A stretch of DNA of 64,000 nt from Octopus vulgaris (Eukaryota). This document shows positions 14,255-28,739 of the stretch, piece by piece. Position 1 is the stretch's first letter; each line of letters starts with the position of its first letter. The notes beneath the pieces were generated by a model. That model worked only from the letters and a program-made list of their open reading frames with translations, searched no databases and had not been told where the DNA came from. The stretch lies in assembly GCA_951406725.2 (NCBI GenBank), contig OX597818.1, positions 70,990,001 to 71,054,000 of the forward strand. Reading direction: 5' to 3'. The position numbers and the translations under genes are program-made.

Positions 14255-15301
14255 GGGGCCTACAGCATGTTTTTTTTTGTTTTGTTTTGCAAATAGTTTT
14301 CATAATGTATGTGTGCAGTGGCTAACTGTGTTATTTTTTACATGTGCATGCGCTATAAGTTTTGTAGTTCTGGGATGTGTGTGTGAGTGTATAGATAGAT
14401 GGGTATGCATATATATATACATATATGTATATACACACACACGCATATATATATGTGTGTATGTATGTATGTGTGTATGCATGGTTGTGTGTGTAGATAA
14501 ATATACATATATATATATATGTATATACACATGTATATATATATGTGTGTGTGTCCCAGAACTACAACACTTACATGACATGCACAACATGTAGAAAATA
14601 ACACAAACAACAATATCTAAAATATATCCTCTTCTATCTTTCCTAAGGCACTTGTTAAGGATTACAATAAGCATCCTGAATGACTCTGCTTCCAACACAT
14701 TAGAATTACATTTGTTGTTGTTATCATCGTTATCGGTATAACGAGTGTAGTATATTGGCAGAATCACTACATTGAACAGAATGCCATGCAGTTACAGAAC
14801 TTTATATTCTGTGTTCAAATCCCACCAAAGTCAGCTCTATCTTTTATCACTCTTGAGTTGACAATGAACTTGTCAAGAGATGAGTTTGATGCAACCAACT
14901 AACATCTCCACCACGGAACATTTCTGACCTTTTGTGCCGAAATTAGAAAACTACTATTGTCATTTGTCATAAGAGAGCTATGAATGAGCCAGCCAAATAG
15001 TGAGAACATTTGCAAAAGAAATGCTCGAAGCCATTTTCTTTACCTGTGCTAATTTATTGCAGATAGAATTTTGAAAACGAAATCTTATATGAACCACCAA
15101 CGGTCATATGGACCCTAGTCGAGAACCACTGCTCTAAATGCTCTATTTCTTGAGGATCTTTATGTTCTGAGTTCAAATCCTGCTAAGGTCAACTTGGTCT
15201 TTAATCTTTCCAGGGTTGATAAAATCAAATACTAAGGAGATTGTATCAACTAACTTCATACTTGCAGGCTTTGTGCCTAAATCATCATCATCATCATCAT
15301 T

Positions 15302-15515
15302 AAGGTGGCCAGCAGACAGAATCATTAGCACACTGGGCAAAAGGCTTAGCAGTATTTCGTCCATCTTTATGTTCTGAGTTTAAATTCCACTAGGATCAAC
15401 TTTGTCTTTCATCCTTTTGGGGTCGATAAAATAAATACCAAGTGAGCACTGGGGTTATTGTAATTGACTTACCTCCTCCCCCGAAATTACTGGCCTTGTG
15501 TCAAAATTTTTGATC

Positions 15516-15520
<5 letters not shown>
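15302..15520 (+). mobile_element. tRNA-derived SINE (same family as 30735-30975)
   Basis: A-box-like ggtggccagcagacagaatc, B-box-like gagtttaaattcc, central ctttcatccttttggggtcgataaaataa. Decayed copies also at about 12960-13110, 14755-14950, 15155-15280, 21740-21830 and 35575-35735. Confidence 0.8.
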
Positions 15521-15557
<37 letters not shown>

Positions 15558-15558
<1 letters not shown>

Positions 15559-15750
15559 GAGTGAGAGAGCAGTGCATGCCATGAAAGTGACACTGGGGTA
15601 AAATATACGAAGCCCAGTATACTCATCATGACTACCCATCTGATAAGGGTACACTAGGCACATGCATCACAACCATATGTGCGTGACATGGTGATCTCAT
15701 ATCAAGATAAATAGCACATGACCTTGCAGGTGGGGCCCAGTTAGAATCTT
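15558..15750 (+). mobile_element. Non-coding repeat associated with (ATT)n tracts, partial copy
   Basis: Homologous to 54836-55030 and, in reverse, to 45310-45440; starts right after (ATT)n. Confidence 0.8.
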
Positions 15751-15969
15751 CAATGACAAAGAGCACAGGCTGTATCATACATGTGATCACAAAAGTACAA
15801 ATTTTACAACATGTGAAGTAAACACAGCAATGTCACTTGGAACACTGCCTCATGAAGGTCACTGCTGGCTCTCACTGCATGCACAACCATGTGCTGCCAT
15901 CTGTTGGCAGGCTACAGAACTAGATCCAGGAACTTTTTGATATGACCTTCATACAATCCATCTGTAACT

Positions 15970-16630
15970 ATCTTTTATCTTTTACTAGTTTCAGTCATTA
16001 GACTGTGGCCATGCTGGAGCACTGCCTGGAAAAATTTTTTGGTCGAATGTATCGTCTTACTATTTTTTTAAAGTCTGGTACTTATCAGTCACTTTTGCTG
16101 AACTGCTAAGTTATGGGGATGTAAACATATCAACACTAATTGTCAAGCAGTGGTGGGGGATAAACACAAACAACACAAAGACACACACACACATAGACAT
16201 ATGAATACATATATATATAGTCACTTTATTTCCATAACTTACAAAGCCTTCTGGTTTGTTTACAAATATTATTCACACACACACACAAGCACCCACTACA
16301 CTCTTGGAGTGGTTGGTGTCAGGAAGGGCATCCAGCTGTAGAAACTTTGCCAGATCAAGATTGGAGCCTGGTGCAACCATCTGGTTCGCCAGCCCTCAGT
16401 CAATCGTTCAACCCATGCTAGCATGGAAAGCGGACATTAAACGATGATGATGATGATGATGATATGATGGGCATCTTTCAGTTTCCATCTTCCAAACCCA
16501 CTCACAAGGCTTTGGTGAGCCCAAGGCTATAGTAGAAGACATTTGGCCAAGGTACCACGCAGTGGGACTGAACCCAGAACCATGTGGTTGGGAAGCAAGC
16601 TTCTAACCGTGCAGCCATGCCTGTGCCTGT
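15970..16630. mobile_element. Nested repeats: tRNA-SINE (- strand) interrupted by an RTE 3'-UTR tail (+, 16285-16463)
   Basis: 16465-16630 is the reverse complement of the SINE head seen at 53612-53760. 16285-16463 ends in (GAT)n. Confidence 0.75.
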
Positions 16631-16755
16631 CTTGACTTTATTTCAGCCAAAGTTTATCTTGGACTACAATATTCTATATGTCCCCTGTTTCAGATAGTTA
16701 ATGTAATTTGTGTGAAGTTTATAAACTTATAAACATATAAACTTACCATGTATTC

Positions 16756-16805
16756 AATAAGGTGTGTCATTCTTGGTTGAAATAAGGTGTGTCATTCTTG
16801 GTTGA
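16756..16805. repeat. Perfect 25-bp tandem duplication
   Basis: aataaggtgtgtcattcttggttga twice. Confidence 0.95.
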
Positions 16806-17646
16806 AAGAAAAAGTTTGTCAGCTTAGTGTAGTGTGGTAGACAGCTCTTTGGGAAACTACAGTTTGGATAACAAGACAACTTCAGCCTTAGATACATAAT
16901 TCCAAGACAATTCCAAGTTAAGATATAAATGCTTTAGCAAGTGTATCCAGCTGTTAAAACATAGCTTGATAGTAATGTCTCCACATGACTAGAACAAGAG
17001 AAAAATCTCTGTATTAACAAAGGCAAGCCACCATGAAAAGAAAAATATCCAGGAGCACTGACGCTCTCAGAAATGGTGTGTGTGTGTGTGTGTGTGTGTT
17101 TCCCCACCACACACAGATAAAAGAGATGTATGTATAATATATAACCATTCTCTTTCATTGTGGAATACCACTAAGGCTGTCTAGTACAGAGATATGTGAC
17201 AGGGGGGGAGGCGTTGTAGTGGGATTGTGGGGGAGGGGGTGCAATGCAAAGAGAAGTAAATTTGAGCTAGGAGGAAAGAATGAACAGGTAGGATAAGGAG
17301 GTGATACTTGGGGGGGGGAGTAGCAGATTATCAATGGGGAAACCAAGGGCTGAGGGTGAGAGATGGTAGAATAGAGCAAGGGAAAGAAAATCATGGAGAA
17401 CTGATAAAATAGAAAATTGAAAAATGAAGAAAGAAAAACTGGAAAAAAATTGTTTTAAACATTCAAAAAATACTTTAAAGTATTTTTAAAACACTTTCTA
17501 TGATCAGTGAGAAGGTCTTTGGAAATCCATGTTTGAGAAAATTCAGAAAGTTGTTTCTTTTTTTCTTTTTTTCTTTTTTGAATTTCTAAAGTTTGAAGGT
17601 TAAAAGGTTCAGAAGTTTAGAAAGTTTAAAAGGTCTAGCAGTACAT

Positions 17647-17799
<153 letters not shown>

Positions 17800-17814
17800 C
17801 AGACAGATAGATAA

Positions 17815-20440
17815 CTTTCTTTATTGGCCACATAGGGCTGAACACAGAGGGAACAAATACAAATGTAGAGCTTTTCTTTTTGAAAATGAAAAGCAAAAGG
17901 GCAAAAAAAGAGAAAAAAGTAAAATTCCGATCAAAAGGGATCGGAAAATAAAAAGAAAAGGTATCACAGAAGAATTTTAAAAATGTAAAAAGCAAAATTA
18001 GGTTTGTCAGTGGATAGAAAAGCCTACAGAAAAGACCACGGTAACCTCAGGCAGGAAGGGAATATACACAAGAGCAAAGTTCTCTCTCTCTCTCTTTTTT
18101 CGATTTATAGGATCATACTCAAAGTGGTTTCATTACTCGCACGCACCATCTTTGCTACATTCACCCACCTTTTTTTGAAACTTTCACGAGACAAAACCTG
18201 CCTCTCCATTCTCACCTTCCTTTTCAAGTGGTACTTGAAAAAGTTGATGAGCAATTGGCCAGAGAATAAGTGTTTGTCTCTAATCCTTTCACTCGAGTCC
18301 ACCACACACATTCTTTCACCATGGCCACCAGTACAATGAAGATTGAGGGTAGGTGGCAGAGCAATTGTTCCGCTAGACTCAACTGACAGGCAGGCTCATA
18401 CCACACATGACAGCAGCCGTTCGGCATAAGAAGCGGAAGAGTATGCGTTCCAATTTGGTGATGGTAGGGTCGGGACAAGGCACGACAGTCAAACGGTAAT
18501 CGATGATGGATGCGATGTACACGTTCGCCACCTCCGCCCAACCTTTTAGGGATAGCTTCCTCTCAGCCCATTGCTGTGTGAGAGTGGCCATCCTTGATGA
18601 ACTGAACACATGATGTAAAAAGGTCTGGATTGATGACCATTTATGTGAACTACCAAGCGGATGCTCTATAAGGCAGTGATCCAACTGCAGAAGATGGGAC
18701 TTAAACCAACCGCTCTAAGGACAGCTTCCAAATAGTGGTGGTCTATCCTATCGAAAGCTTTTGATCAGCACCCTGGAGGTTGTCATGGATACTCCTACCT
18801 GCCATGGTGCACATTTGCATCTTGTTGACTAGTCTCTCGATGACAAGCGCCAACCTCTCAGCTAACACCTTGGCCAAAATTTTCAAATCTGCATCGAGCA
18901 GAGTGATGGGCCTGAAGTTATCTATGACGTTCCCCTTGTTTAGATCTTTCTTTAGTAGTGCCACCACTCCTTGCTTTACAAAGACTCCTGTTTTACTGCC
19001 AGTTGCAGTAGACAGCTGCCAAGATGCCTCCAGACAAGTCTGGCATATGACAATAAAGTTTGTAAGGCAGCCCATCCAAGGCTGGTAACTTGTTTCCCAC
19101 GCAGCCTACCATCACATCCCATACGTCCGTGGCTGTAGTGGGTCTTTCACAACACTCCACCTCTCTTACTGAGAGTTGTAGCAGGCCATGCAGATAGGCA
19201 TTAAAGTCCACTCTGCATTCTGACCCATCAGTCGTCACGAACAGTCGAGCAAAGCATTGTTGAAAGGTCTCACACATCCTTTCAGGCTCGAGTACTTCGT
19301 GTCCCTGTTCATCTGTCAGGGACCTAATGGTGGCTCTGTTGCCTCATTGCACCTCCACCACTCGGGCCTCTCAGGTGGCTCCAAATCCTTCCTTCCTCAG
19401 AGCATGCATCCTAGCTCTGACAATGCATCCTTCATGTTTGGCGTTGAAGTATTGGTCAAGGGCCAACCTTGCTGCCAGTACATTGGACATGATGCCAGTT
19501 CTAAGTGCCTCTTCTAATTTCTTAACTAGGTATCCCTCTATTCTATTTTGGTCTAATGCTAGGACCTAACTGATTCTGCTTTAATTGCTTTCTTTAGGGC
19601 ATACCACCATCTGTTATTGATGATGGCACCCGTCAGTGCTCTCTTAACTAATGTGCTAATCCAGTCCCTGTAAGCCTGTCATGCCGTGAATGACGTGTTA
19701 AGCTTCCAGTAACCAGGACCCTGCCTATGTGTCTTATCTAAGTCAAGTGTACAAGTCACAAATTTGTGGTCTGTGTAGCTGACTATATGGAATTGTGGAC
19801 AACCTACACTATATCTTTATCTACTGTCCTATGGAATACTCTATCTAAATACAATCTGGACAACCTGATGCGGTTGGTCCATGTCCACACTGGCACATTC
19901 AGGTGGTCCAGTCGGTGCCTGTCAGACAGTTGGAAACGTCTGGGCAGGTCTTTGAGGCATTTGCATCCCTTCCTATTACTGTCTCTTCCCACATAGTCTA
20001 GATGTGTGTCCAGGGTAGCATTCCAATCCCCCACTAAAAGTAAAGGTCAAGACGTTCCCAGGAAAACCTCTAGACATTGAAAGAAATCTGGCTGGCCTGT
20101 TAAGGACAGTGCATAAACTGTTATCAGTTGAAAAGCACACCCATTGCTGCCATCGGCATCCAAGATGACCAGCCTACCCTCCGGGTCTAGGAAAATTACT
20201 CTTACTTTGAGGTCCAGACTCTTCTGAAGAAGTACTGCGGTACCTCCTCCGCCCATTCTCGGTAGACGCAGAGAAAAATAAATGTCAAAATGTCCACTGA
20301 ACATTTGCTGGAGGGCCCGCAGTCTGTGGAGTCTGGTCTTGCTGATGGCTATGATATGCAGATTTTGTGACTAGATGTTGTTTAACAGGTAGCCTTGTTT
20401 CCAAGGCGACCCCAAGCCACGTAAATACTGCCTATTTTGA
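17815..20440 (-). mobile_element. Tx1/L1-clade LINE remnant (APE endonuclease + RT) within (GATA)n
   Basis: GGGTAVLL, PEGRLVILD, GDWNATLD, SRLYLDRVF (APE); NFRPITLLDADLKILAKVLAERL, GRSIHDNL (RT); aataaa at the 3' end. (GATA)n/(GACA)n tracts at 17650-17812 and 20865-21118. Confidence 0.88.
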
Positions 20441-20864
20441 GCATGTTCCTGTCAAAGGTTGCGTTTTACACACAAAAGGAGACAAAAGAGAAAGAGAGAG
20501 AGAGAGAGAGTTACTTGCTGTCCGAAAGTTCTTTGTCCTTCACCTCACAGTCTTCTTTTCAGAAGGTTTTTATATAGTTTTTAGAAAGGTATTTTTGTAA
20601 TCTCCCAACTGCATCCGGGTAGAGAGATTTCAGGGTGCTGTGTATGTTCTGTGTTATGTGTATGATTTTAATGTGTTGCGGTGGTGTTGTGCGTGGGTGA
20701 TTCTTTGTTTTGGTATCATTTTCTGTTATTTTCATGAGTGGCTGTTTCATGTACTTTTGTTTTTGTGTTGAGTGTCTTGTAAATGATTGTTTTTTTTTGC
20801 AATATTTTTTGTAATGTTTTCAGGTGTCTGTAATTGAATGGTGACTTCATTTTTTAGATCGATC

Positions 20865-20926
<62 letters not shown>

Positions 20927-21035
20927 CAGACAGATAGACAGACAGACTGACAGACAGACAGACAGATAAAAAGATAGATAGATAAAAAGATAGACAGACA
21001 GACAGACAGGCAAGCAGGCAGATAGATAGATAAAA

Positions 21036-21066
<31 letters not shown>

Positions 21067-21913
21067 TAGATAGATGGATAGATAGATAGATCTATGGGTG
21101 GACTGACAGACAGATGGATGGCCCTTGGTTTCCTCATCAATAAATTGCTGCACCCCTCCCCCGAGTAGCTCCTCCACCTTCTACTTGTTCATTCTTTCCT
21201 CCTAGCTCAACTTTACTTCTCCTCTTTGCAAAGCTACCCCACATCTCACCATCCTACTATGGTGTCGACCTTTGTATTAGACCATGACCATGTTGCCTCA
21301 GATACACCAATATCTTCCACGAAGGCTGTATCTTAAATTATTTTTTCTCTAATTATTTAGCATTTAAACAGGTTGTATCAGGCCCAAATATCTGACCTGC
21401 CTTATGTTCAAACTGGTGAGGGATGGCCTCTTACATGTACCCAACTGTTGTTCTGAAAATAAACAATCACATCATCAACGTTTTGAAGCTATGAGATAAG
21501 GCATTAATTAATTTGAAACAATGGGAATAAATGAGCATTACATTTGACAGAGTAGTCAGAATACTAAAGGTTTAAAAAGATTAAGTAAAATTTCTGCCTT
21601 TCACATTTTATAATTTCACAGGAGAGAAAATCCAAAATCCCAATCTAATTAGGTAACTGTTAATTATTGGTCATGGATTTGTAGAATCAATAAAGCATCA
21701 GAAAAAAATATGTTGCATTATTTAGTCTCACTTTTTCAAGTTCTGAGCTCAAAAGCCACTCAGCTTTGCCTTTCATCTTTCTTTCCTAGAGGGGTCAATG
21801 AAATTAAATAGCCATCAGGTACCAAAGTCAAGCCTTCTGACAATATTCAAATCATTTATTTTATTATTGCTGTCAGATAAATAATTTCAATTTTATTTAT
21901 TTGTTTTTTTCAG

Positions 21914-22065
21914 ATGGTATCGTAATGGGAAACACTTAGCTCGGCAAACAGCAAGTGTTTTGAATCTGCCGTCCATATCTCATGTGTACCATGACAATAC
22001 AATCACATGTGAAGCTACAAATTCAATTGGTAGTACGCGCAAAGAAAAAAGGCTGGATATCAAAT
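21914..22065 (+). CDS. KIRREL: Kirre/Neph-like gene exon: C-terminal half of the same Ig domain
   Basis: ttttttcag acceptor, gtaag donor. Reads KWYRNGKHLARQTASVLNLPSISHVYHDNTITCEATNSIGSTRKEKRLDIK(Y), with the C-strand Trp and ITCEATNSIG F-strand. 152 nt, phases 2/1. Confidence 0.93.
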
Positions 22066-22361
22066 GTAAGAACATCACCAGATCCTTCTGGAGTTTCTTT
22101 GTTAGTTTATGTTCTGTATGCGTGTGTGCGTGTGTGCGTGTGTGTGAGTGTGTGAGTGTGTGAGTGTGTGAGGGGTGACAGTTACTTTGAAGTTTTACCA
22201 AGTAAAGCTTTTCAAGCTGTGGTGAAGGAAGGGATGTCAATGAGTGGAATTATTGTAAAAAAGATTAAAGAAGCATCACAACTGGCCAGAATAAGGTTGC
22301 ATTTAATATAAAATTAATAAGAGAATTTATGAGGTTTCTTTCTTTGATGTTTTGTTTCAAT

Positions 22362-23751
<1,390 letters not shown>

Positions 23752-23967
23752 CTGTAAAGATATACATCTAAATTGAATTAAGAGAATATGGAGTACGCCA
23801 TAATAATTATTTAATAGTCTTGTATAATTTTAATTAATAAATGCCTTGTAAGATACTCCTCCAATTGCTTATGACTGCCCAAGATCATCTTGCCCAGAGT
23901 TAGCAAATATGCTAAACGAAAGGTTAGTGGGACTGTGCCCACCTCTGTATATGTGTGTGTGTGTGTG

Positions 23968-24128
23968 CGGAGTGGTTGGCGTTAGGAAGGGCATCCAGCT
24001 GTAGAAACACTGCCAGACCAGACTGGAGCCTGGGGCAGCCCCTGGCTCCCCAGACCCCGGTCGAAACCGTCCAACCCGTGCTAGCGCGGAAAACGGACGT
24101 TAAACGATGATGATGATGATGATGATGA
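23968..24128 (+). mobile_element. Young RTE 3'-end fragment with (GAT)n tail
   Basis: CpG-rich and nearly the exact reverse complement of 28160-28315. Confidence 0.85.
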
Positions 24129-25535
24129 TATATATATATATTGGATGAACATGAGTTTGTCCTTTAATTGGAGTAAATTTCAAAAATTGTTTCTTCATAT
24201 TTTACTTTTGAATTTACTAATGTAAGTTTGTATAGGTATGAAAACTTATATAGAAATAATCAGTTTATGATTTAACTTATTAAACACCGTTCAACACAGT
24301 CATTTGTATTTATGTAATCGAGGAGATTAGATGTTAAAATGGATTATAGTTTTTATCATTCCTGTTGCTATACAATTTGTTTCATACAAAAAGACGCAGA
24401 TATTCATAATAGAAAATCAGAATACTCAGATTTGTACTCGCCGGTAGCTGCGATAAAAACTAAAAAATACATTAGAAGTACATAGATTTTTCTCTTAGTA
24501 ATCATATTGTATTAATGTTCGTTCTTGGAGTCATGCCTATTTTAAACAAGACTTGAGAACTAATTAAAAGGTTACGGATGTGAAATGGTAAATCAATCAA
24601 TTAATAAATAAAGTGAACTACAATCAGCTCATTTGGTTTTACTATTGGCAAAAATGGCTCACCCTAAATACAGCAATATATGTTTCAATATACAGGTTTA
24701 CCTCAAGAATCTTATGAAACAAATATGTGTGTGTGTGTGTGTGTGTATTTATATATATAGAGAGAAAGAGAGAGATACATACACAAACACATGTATCAGA
24801 TATGTGTGTGTGTATACATGTGTGTGTTTATACACATTTTTATTTCTTTAGTTGTATGTGAATCAGAGAGTGTTTGCTCACACACACTTACATCCTGGCA
24901 TTCACATGTAGACATATACCCACTTTCTTGCTGTAAAGATATACATCTAAGTATGTTCAATACCCAAAAACTGAATACCAATCTAAACATTGATTATATG
25001 TCCAAATTATTCAAGTTCTCTGGCTTATTCTAGCTAAAGAAAAATCTCCAAAGTGAATCAATATTTTTTAGATTTTTTCTGTGACTAGTTTGGGTATGCT
25101 TTTTTCTAAGAAGAAAAAAAAATTCTTTCTACCTTTTTATTTTCAACATTTGACATAGAGAAATATATTCATATAAATATAATATGTGTATATATGTGTT
25201 TCTTTTTTGTTTTTATTTTATTTGTTTATTTATTGCTAAAACGTTTCTTCTATTCAAGAGTCTTTGATTCCTCTGTATTAACTTCTTCTTCTGTTCTTTT
25301 CCTTTGTTTATTTCCATCTTACCTGCTTTGCAATGTCATTCTTTTGTTTTGGGTTTTGTTTTTTTTGTTTTCGATCTTCTTTAAAGGTTTAATATGTGTG
25401 AAAGTGTTTTCTTTCTTTTGCCTTTTTTTTTTATCCCATATCTTGTTTTATGCATTGACATTTGTAGTCACATGACTACATAAATAATGCTCATTTCTAA
25501 CATTCTAAAACACACACGCACAATATATATCTATA

Positions 25536-25574
<39 letters not shown>

Positions 25575-26269
25575 GGCAGGGGGAGAGAATGTATGTGTGT
25601 GTGCTGGTCGGTAATTATATTTGTAAGTGTATATGTGTTTGTCATCATCATTGTTGTTTAGCATCCATGTTCCATGCTGGCACGACAGTCTGACAGGATT
25701 CAATAAGCCTGAGGTCTGTGTTCGTCTCTTGTGTCTGCTTTGGCAAGGTTTCTATAGCTTTAGAGAATGCACTGGATGCATTTTTTATGGCACCAGCATT
25801 AGTGAGGTTACCAAGACTCCTTTACAGAGAAGGGATGCAGTATTGAGGGAGGTGGCTTTGAACAAGGTATAGAGAGGTTAAAGTAAGGAAAGGGACAGGA
25901 ATATGTGTTTGCTATAGAGGAGGTATTAGGACATGCACTTAAGGTAAGAGAAGGTAGATAGGGAGAACCTAGGAGCAGAGAATTAAGGTGAAATGGGTAT
26001 CAAAAGGAATGATTCCAAGAAGAGGAATTATAGATAGCTATTAAAAAGGCGAGGAATATGTGCAGGTGTACTCTCATATAATTACAATAACTGAGAAATA
26101 CCTTGAGTAGTGAGGTAGGAGCAGGTGTTACAAAGGTAGTTTGCTGGGAAGATCTGACAAGTACAGATTGAGTGTTCTTGCAGTGAGGCCATGGACACTG
26201 ACGATATGCTTCTAGGGCCATATTTTTGTTAAGAGGGAGAGGTCCTCTTGAATACAGGGAATCACTATT

Positions 26270-26555
26270 CACCTCGATCCTTTACCACCTTCTCCACGAG
26301 ACTCAACAACCTAAGGATGGGCTTCACTACTTTGTCTTGCATCTTCCTGGTTCTCCCTCTTCCACGAGTTCCATCAACATTTAGTGATTGGCACTTGCTT
26401 GTACAGCTGTCCTCATTACAGATGCATCATATGACTACAGCAGCACAGTCTTCTCACTTCCACGTCTGATACCTCTCCTGCCCAATTATTCTCTCAGTGT
26501 ATTTGCACTTTGTCATACATATGCACTGACATCGCATTGAGCCATGTGCCTTCAC
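26270..26555 (-). mobile_element. Old RTE C-terminal fragment, inverted relative to the adjacent copy
   Basis: Resembles 1170-1380 (cttcctgg..ctcttccac..acagctgtcctc). Confidence 0.65.
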
Positions 26556-26603
26556 TGGTGGAGAAATATGCTCACACACACACACACACACACACACATA
26601 TGT

Positions 26604-28148
26604 ATATGGTTAGTGAGAGCTGTACAAGCCATGTACAGAGATGCTGTCAGTAAGATGTGGGTTGGCAACAAGTACAGTGAAGAATTCTGGGTAGGGGTAG
26701 GGGTCCACCAAGATTCAGTCCTCAGCCCCCTCCTATTTATCATAGTCCTCCAGGCAATAACAGAGGAATTCAAGACAGGATGCCCCTGGGAGCTCCTCTA
26801 TGCTGATGACCTTGCTCTAATTGTTGAGTCACTATCAGAACTAGAGGAGAAGTTTCAGGTGTGGAAGCAAGGATTAGAATCGAAGGGCCTTAGAGTCAAC
26901 CTAACAAAAACCAAAGTCCTAATAAATAGGATGGCAGACAGCCCACAAATCTCTTCATGTAGATGGCCCTGCTCGATCTGTAGAAAAAGCATAGGTAGAA
27001 ACTCCATAAGATGTACCCAGTGTAAGCTATGGACATATAAGAAGTGCAGCAATATCAAAGGAAGGCTAACTGGGAAGATAGTTTTTGTATGTGGCAGATG
27101 CTCAGGATCAATAAACACTGAAAAATGTGCAGAAAACAGCTTCCATCACATTCCATGGGGTAAAACTACAAGTAGTTGATAGCTCCCGTTACCTAGGTGA
27201 CCAAGTCAGTAGCGGGTGGTAGATGCTCTGAAAGTGTAGCTGCTAGAATAAGAATAGCCTGGGCTAAGTTCAGAGAGCTCTTACCTCTGCTGGTGACAAA
27301 GGGCTTCTCACTCAGAGTAAAAGGTAGATTGTATGACACGTGTGTGAACAGCCATGCTACATGGCAGTGAAACATGGGCCGTGACTGCTGAGGACATGTG
27401 TAAGCTTGCAAGGAATGAAGCCAGTATGCTCTGCTGGATGTGTAATGTCAGTGTGCATACATGACAGAGTGTAAGCGCCCTGATAGAAAAGTTGGACTTA
27501 AGCATCAGATGTGGCATACAAGAGAGATGACTGCACTGGTATGGTCATGTGTTGTATATGGATGAGGAGAGTTGTGTGAAGAAGTGTCACACACTAGTAG
27601 TAGAGGAACCTATGGAAGAGGTAGGCCCAGGAAGACCTGGGATGAAGTGGTGAAGCACGACCTTCACACACTGGGCCTCACCGAGGCAATGACGAGTGAC
27701 TGTGACATTTGGAGATATGCTGTGCATGAGAAGACCATAACCTGTGGCCTATGCTAGTGCAGTATAGCCAGTCCATTTAAGAGTACCTTTCAATCATTGG
27801 GCAATAAACTGCGCTTGTGAGGACTTGTTGAGGCAAGTGAAGTCGTTGTTGTGGCCACTGGCAGGAGTACCATCTGATTGGCACTCCTGCCACTGGCACA
27901 TAAAAAGCACCATTCGAGCATGGTCGTTGCCAGTGCTGCCTGACTAGCTCCCGTGCCAGCGACATGTAAAAAGCACCCACTATACTATCGGAGTGGTTGG
28001 CGTTAGGAAGGGCATCCAGCTGTAGAAACTTTGCCTGAGTGGATTGGATCCTGGTGCAACCATCTAGTTTGCCAGCCCCCAATCAAACCGTCCAACCCAT
28101 GGCAGCATGAAAAGCAGACATTAAATGATAATGATGTTGATGATGATA
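26604..28148 (+). mobile_element. RTE-clade LINE: RT, C-terminus and 3' UTR
   Basis: GVHQDSVLSPLLF, LLYADDLAL, GLRVNLTKTKV, GRGRPRKTWDEVV; the 3' UTR ends in (GAT)n. Frameshifted. Confidence 0.92.
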
Positions 28149-28153
28149 TGTAT

Positions 28154-28735
28154 ATCATCATCATCATCATCATCATCATCGTTTAACGTCCGTTTTCCGT
28201 GCTAGCACGGGTTGGACGGTTCGACCGGGGTCTGGGGAGCCAGGGGCTGCTCCAGGCTCCAGTCTGATCTGGCAGTGTTTCTACAGCTGGATGCCCTTCC
28301 TAACGCCAACCACTCTGCAAGTGTAGTGGGTGCTTTTTACGTGCCACCTGCACAGGCGCCAGAGGGGTCTGGCATCGGCCACGATCAGTTGGTGCTTTTT
28401 ATGTGCCACCGGCACAGAAGCCAGTCTAGGCGGTGCTGGCATCAGCCACGTTCGGATGGTGCTTGCCACCGGCGAACCAGTCTAGGCGGTGCTGGCATCA
28501 GCCACGTTCGGATGGTGCTTTTAACCGGCCAGTCGGGGCGGTGCTGGCATCGGCCACGTTCGGATGGTGCTTGTTATGTGCCACCGACACAGAAGCCATT
28601 CGAGGCGGGGTTGGCATCGGTCACGTTCGGATGGTGCTTTTTATGTGCCACCGGCACAGAAGCCATTCGAGGCAGGGTTGGCATCAGTCACGTTCGGATG
28701 GTGCTTTTTATGTGCCACCGGCACAGGTATCACAA
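28154..28735 (-). mobile_element. RTE 3' UTR with ~60-bp tandem array, tail-to-tail with the preceding copy
   Basis: (CAT)n, conserved tail, then about 6-7 units of cacgttcggatggtgctttttatgtgccaccggcacagaagcc. Confidence 0.88.
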
Positions 28736-28739
28736 CTAC

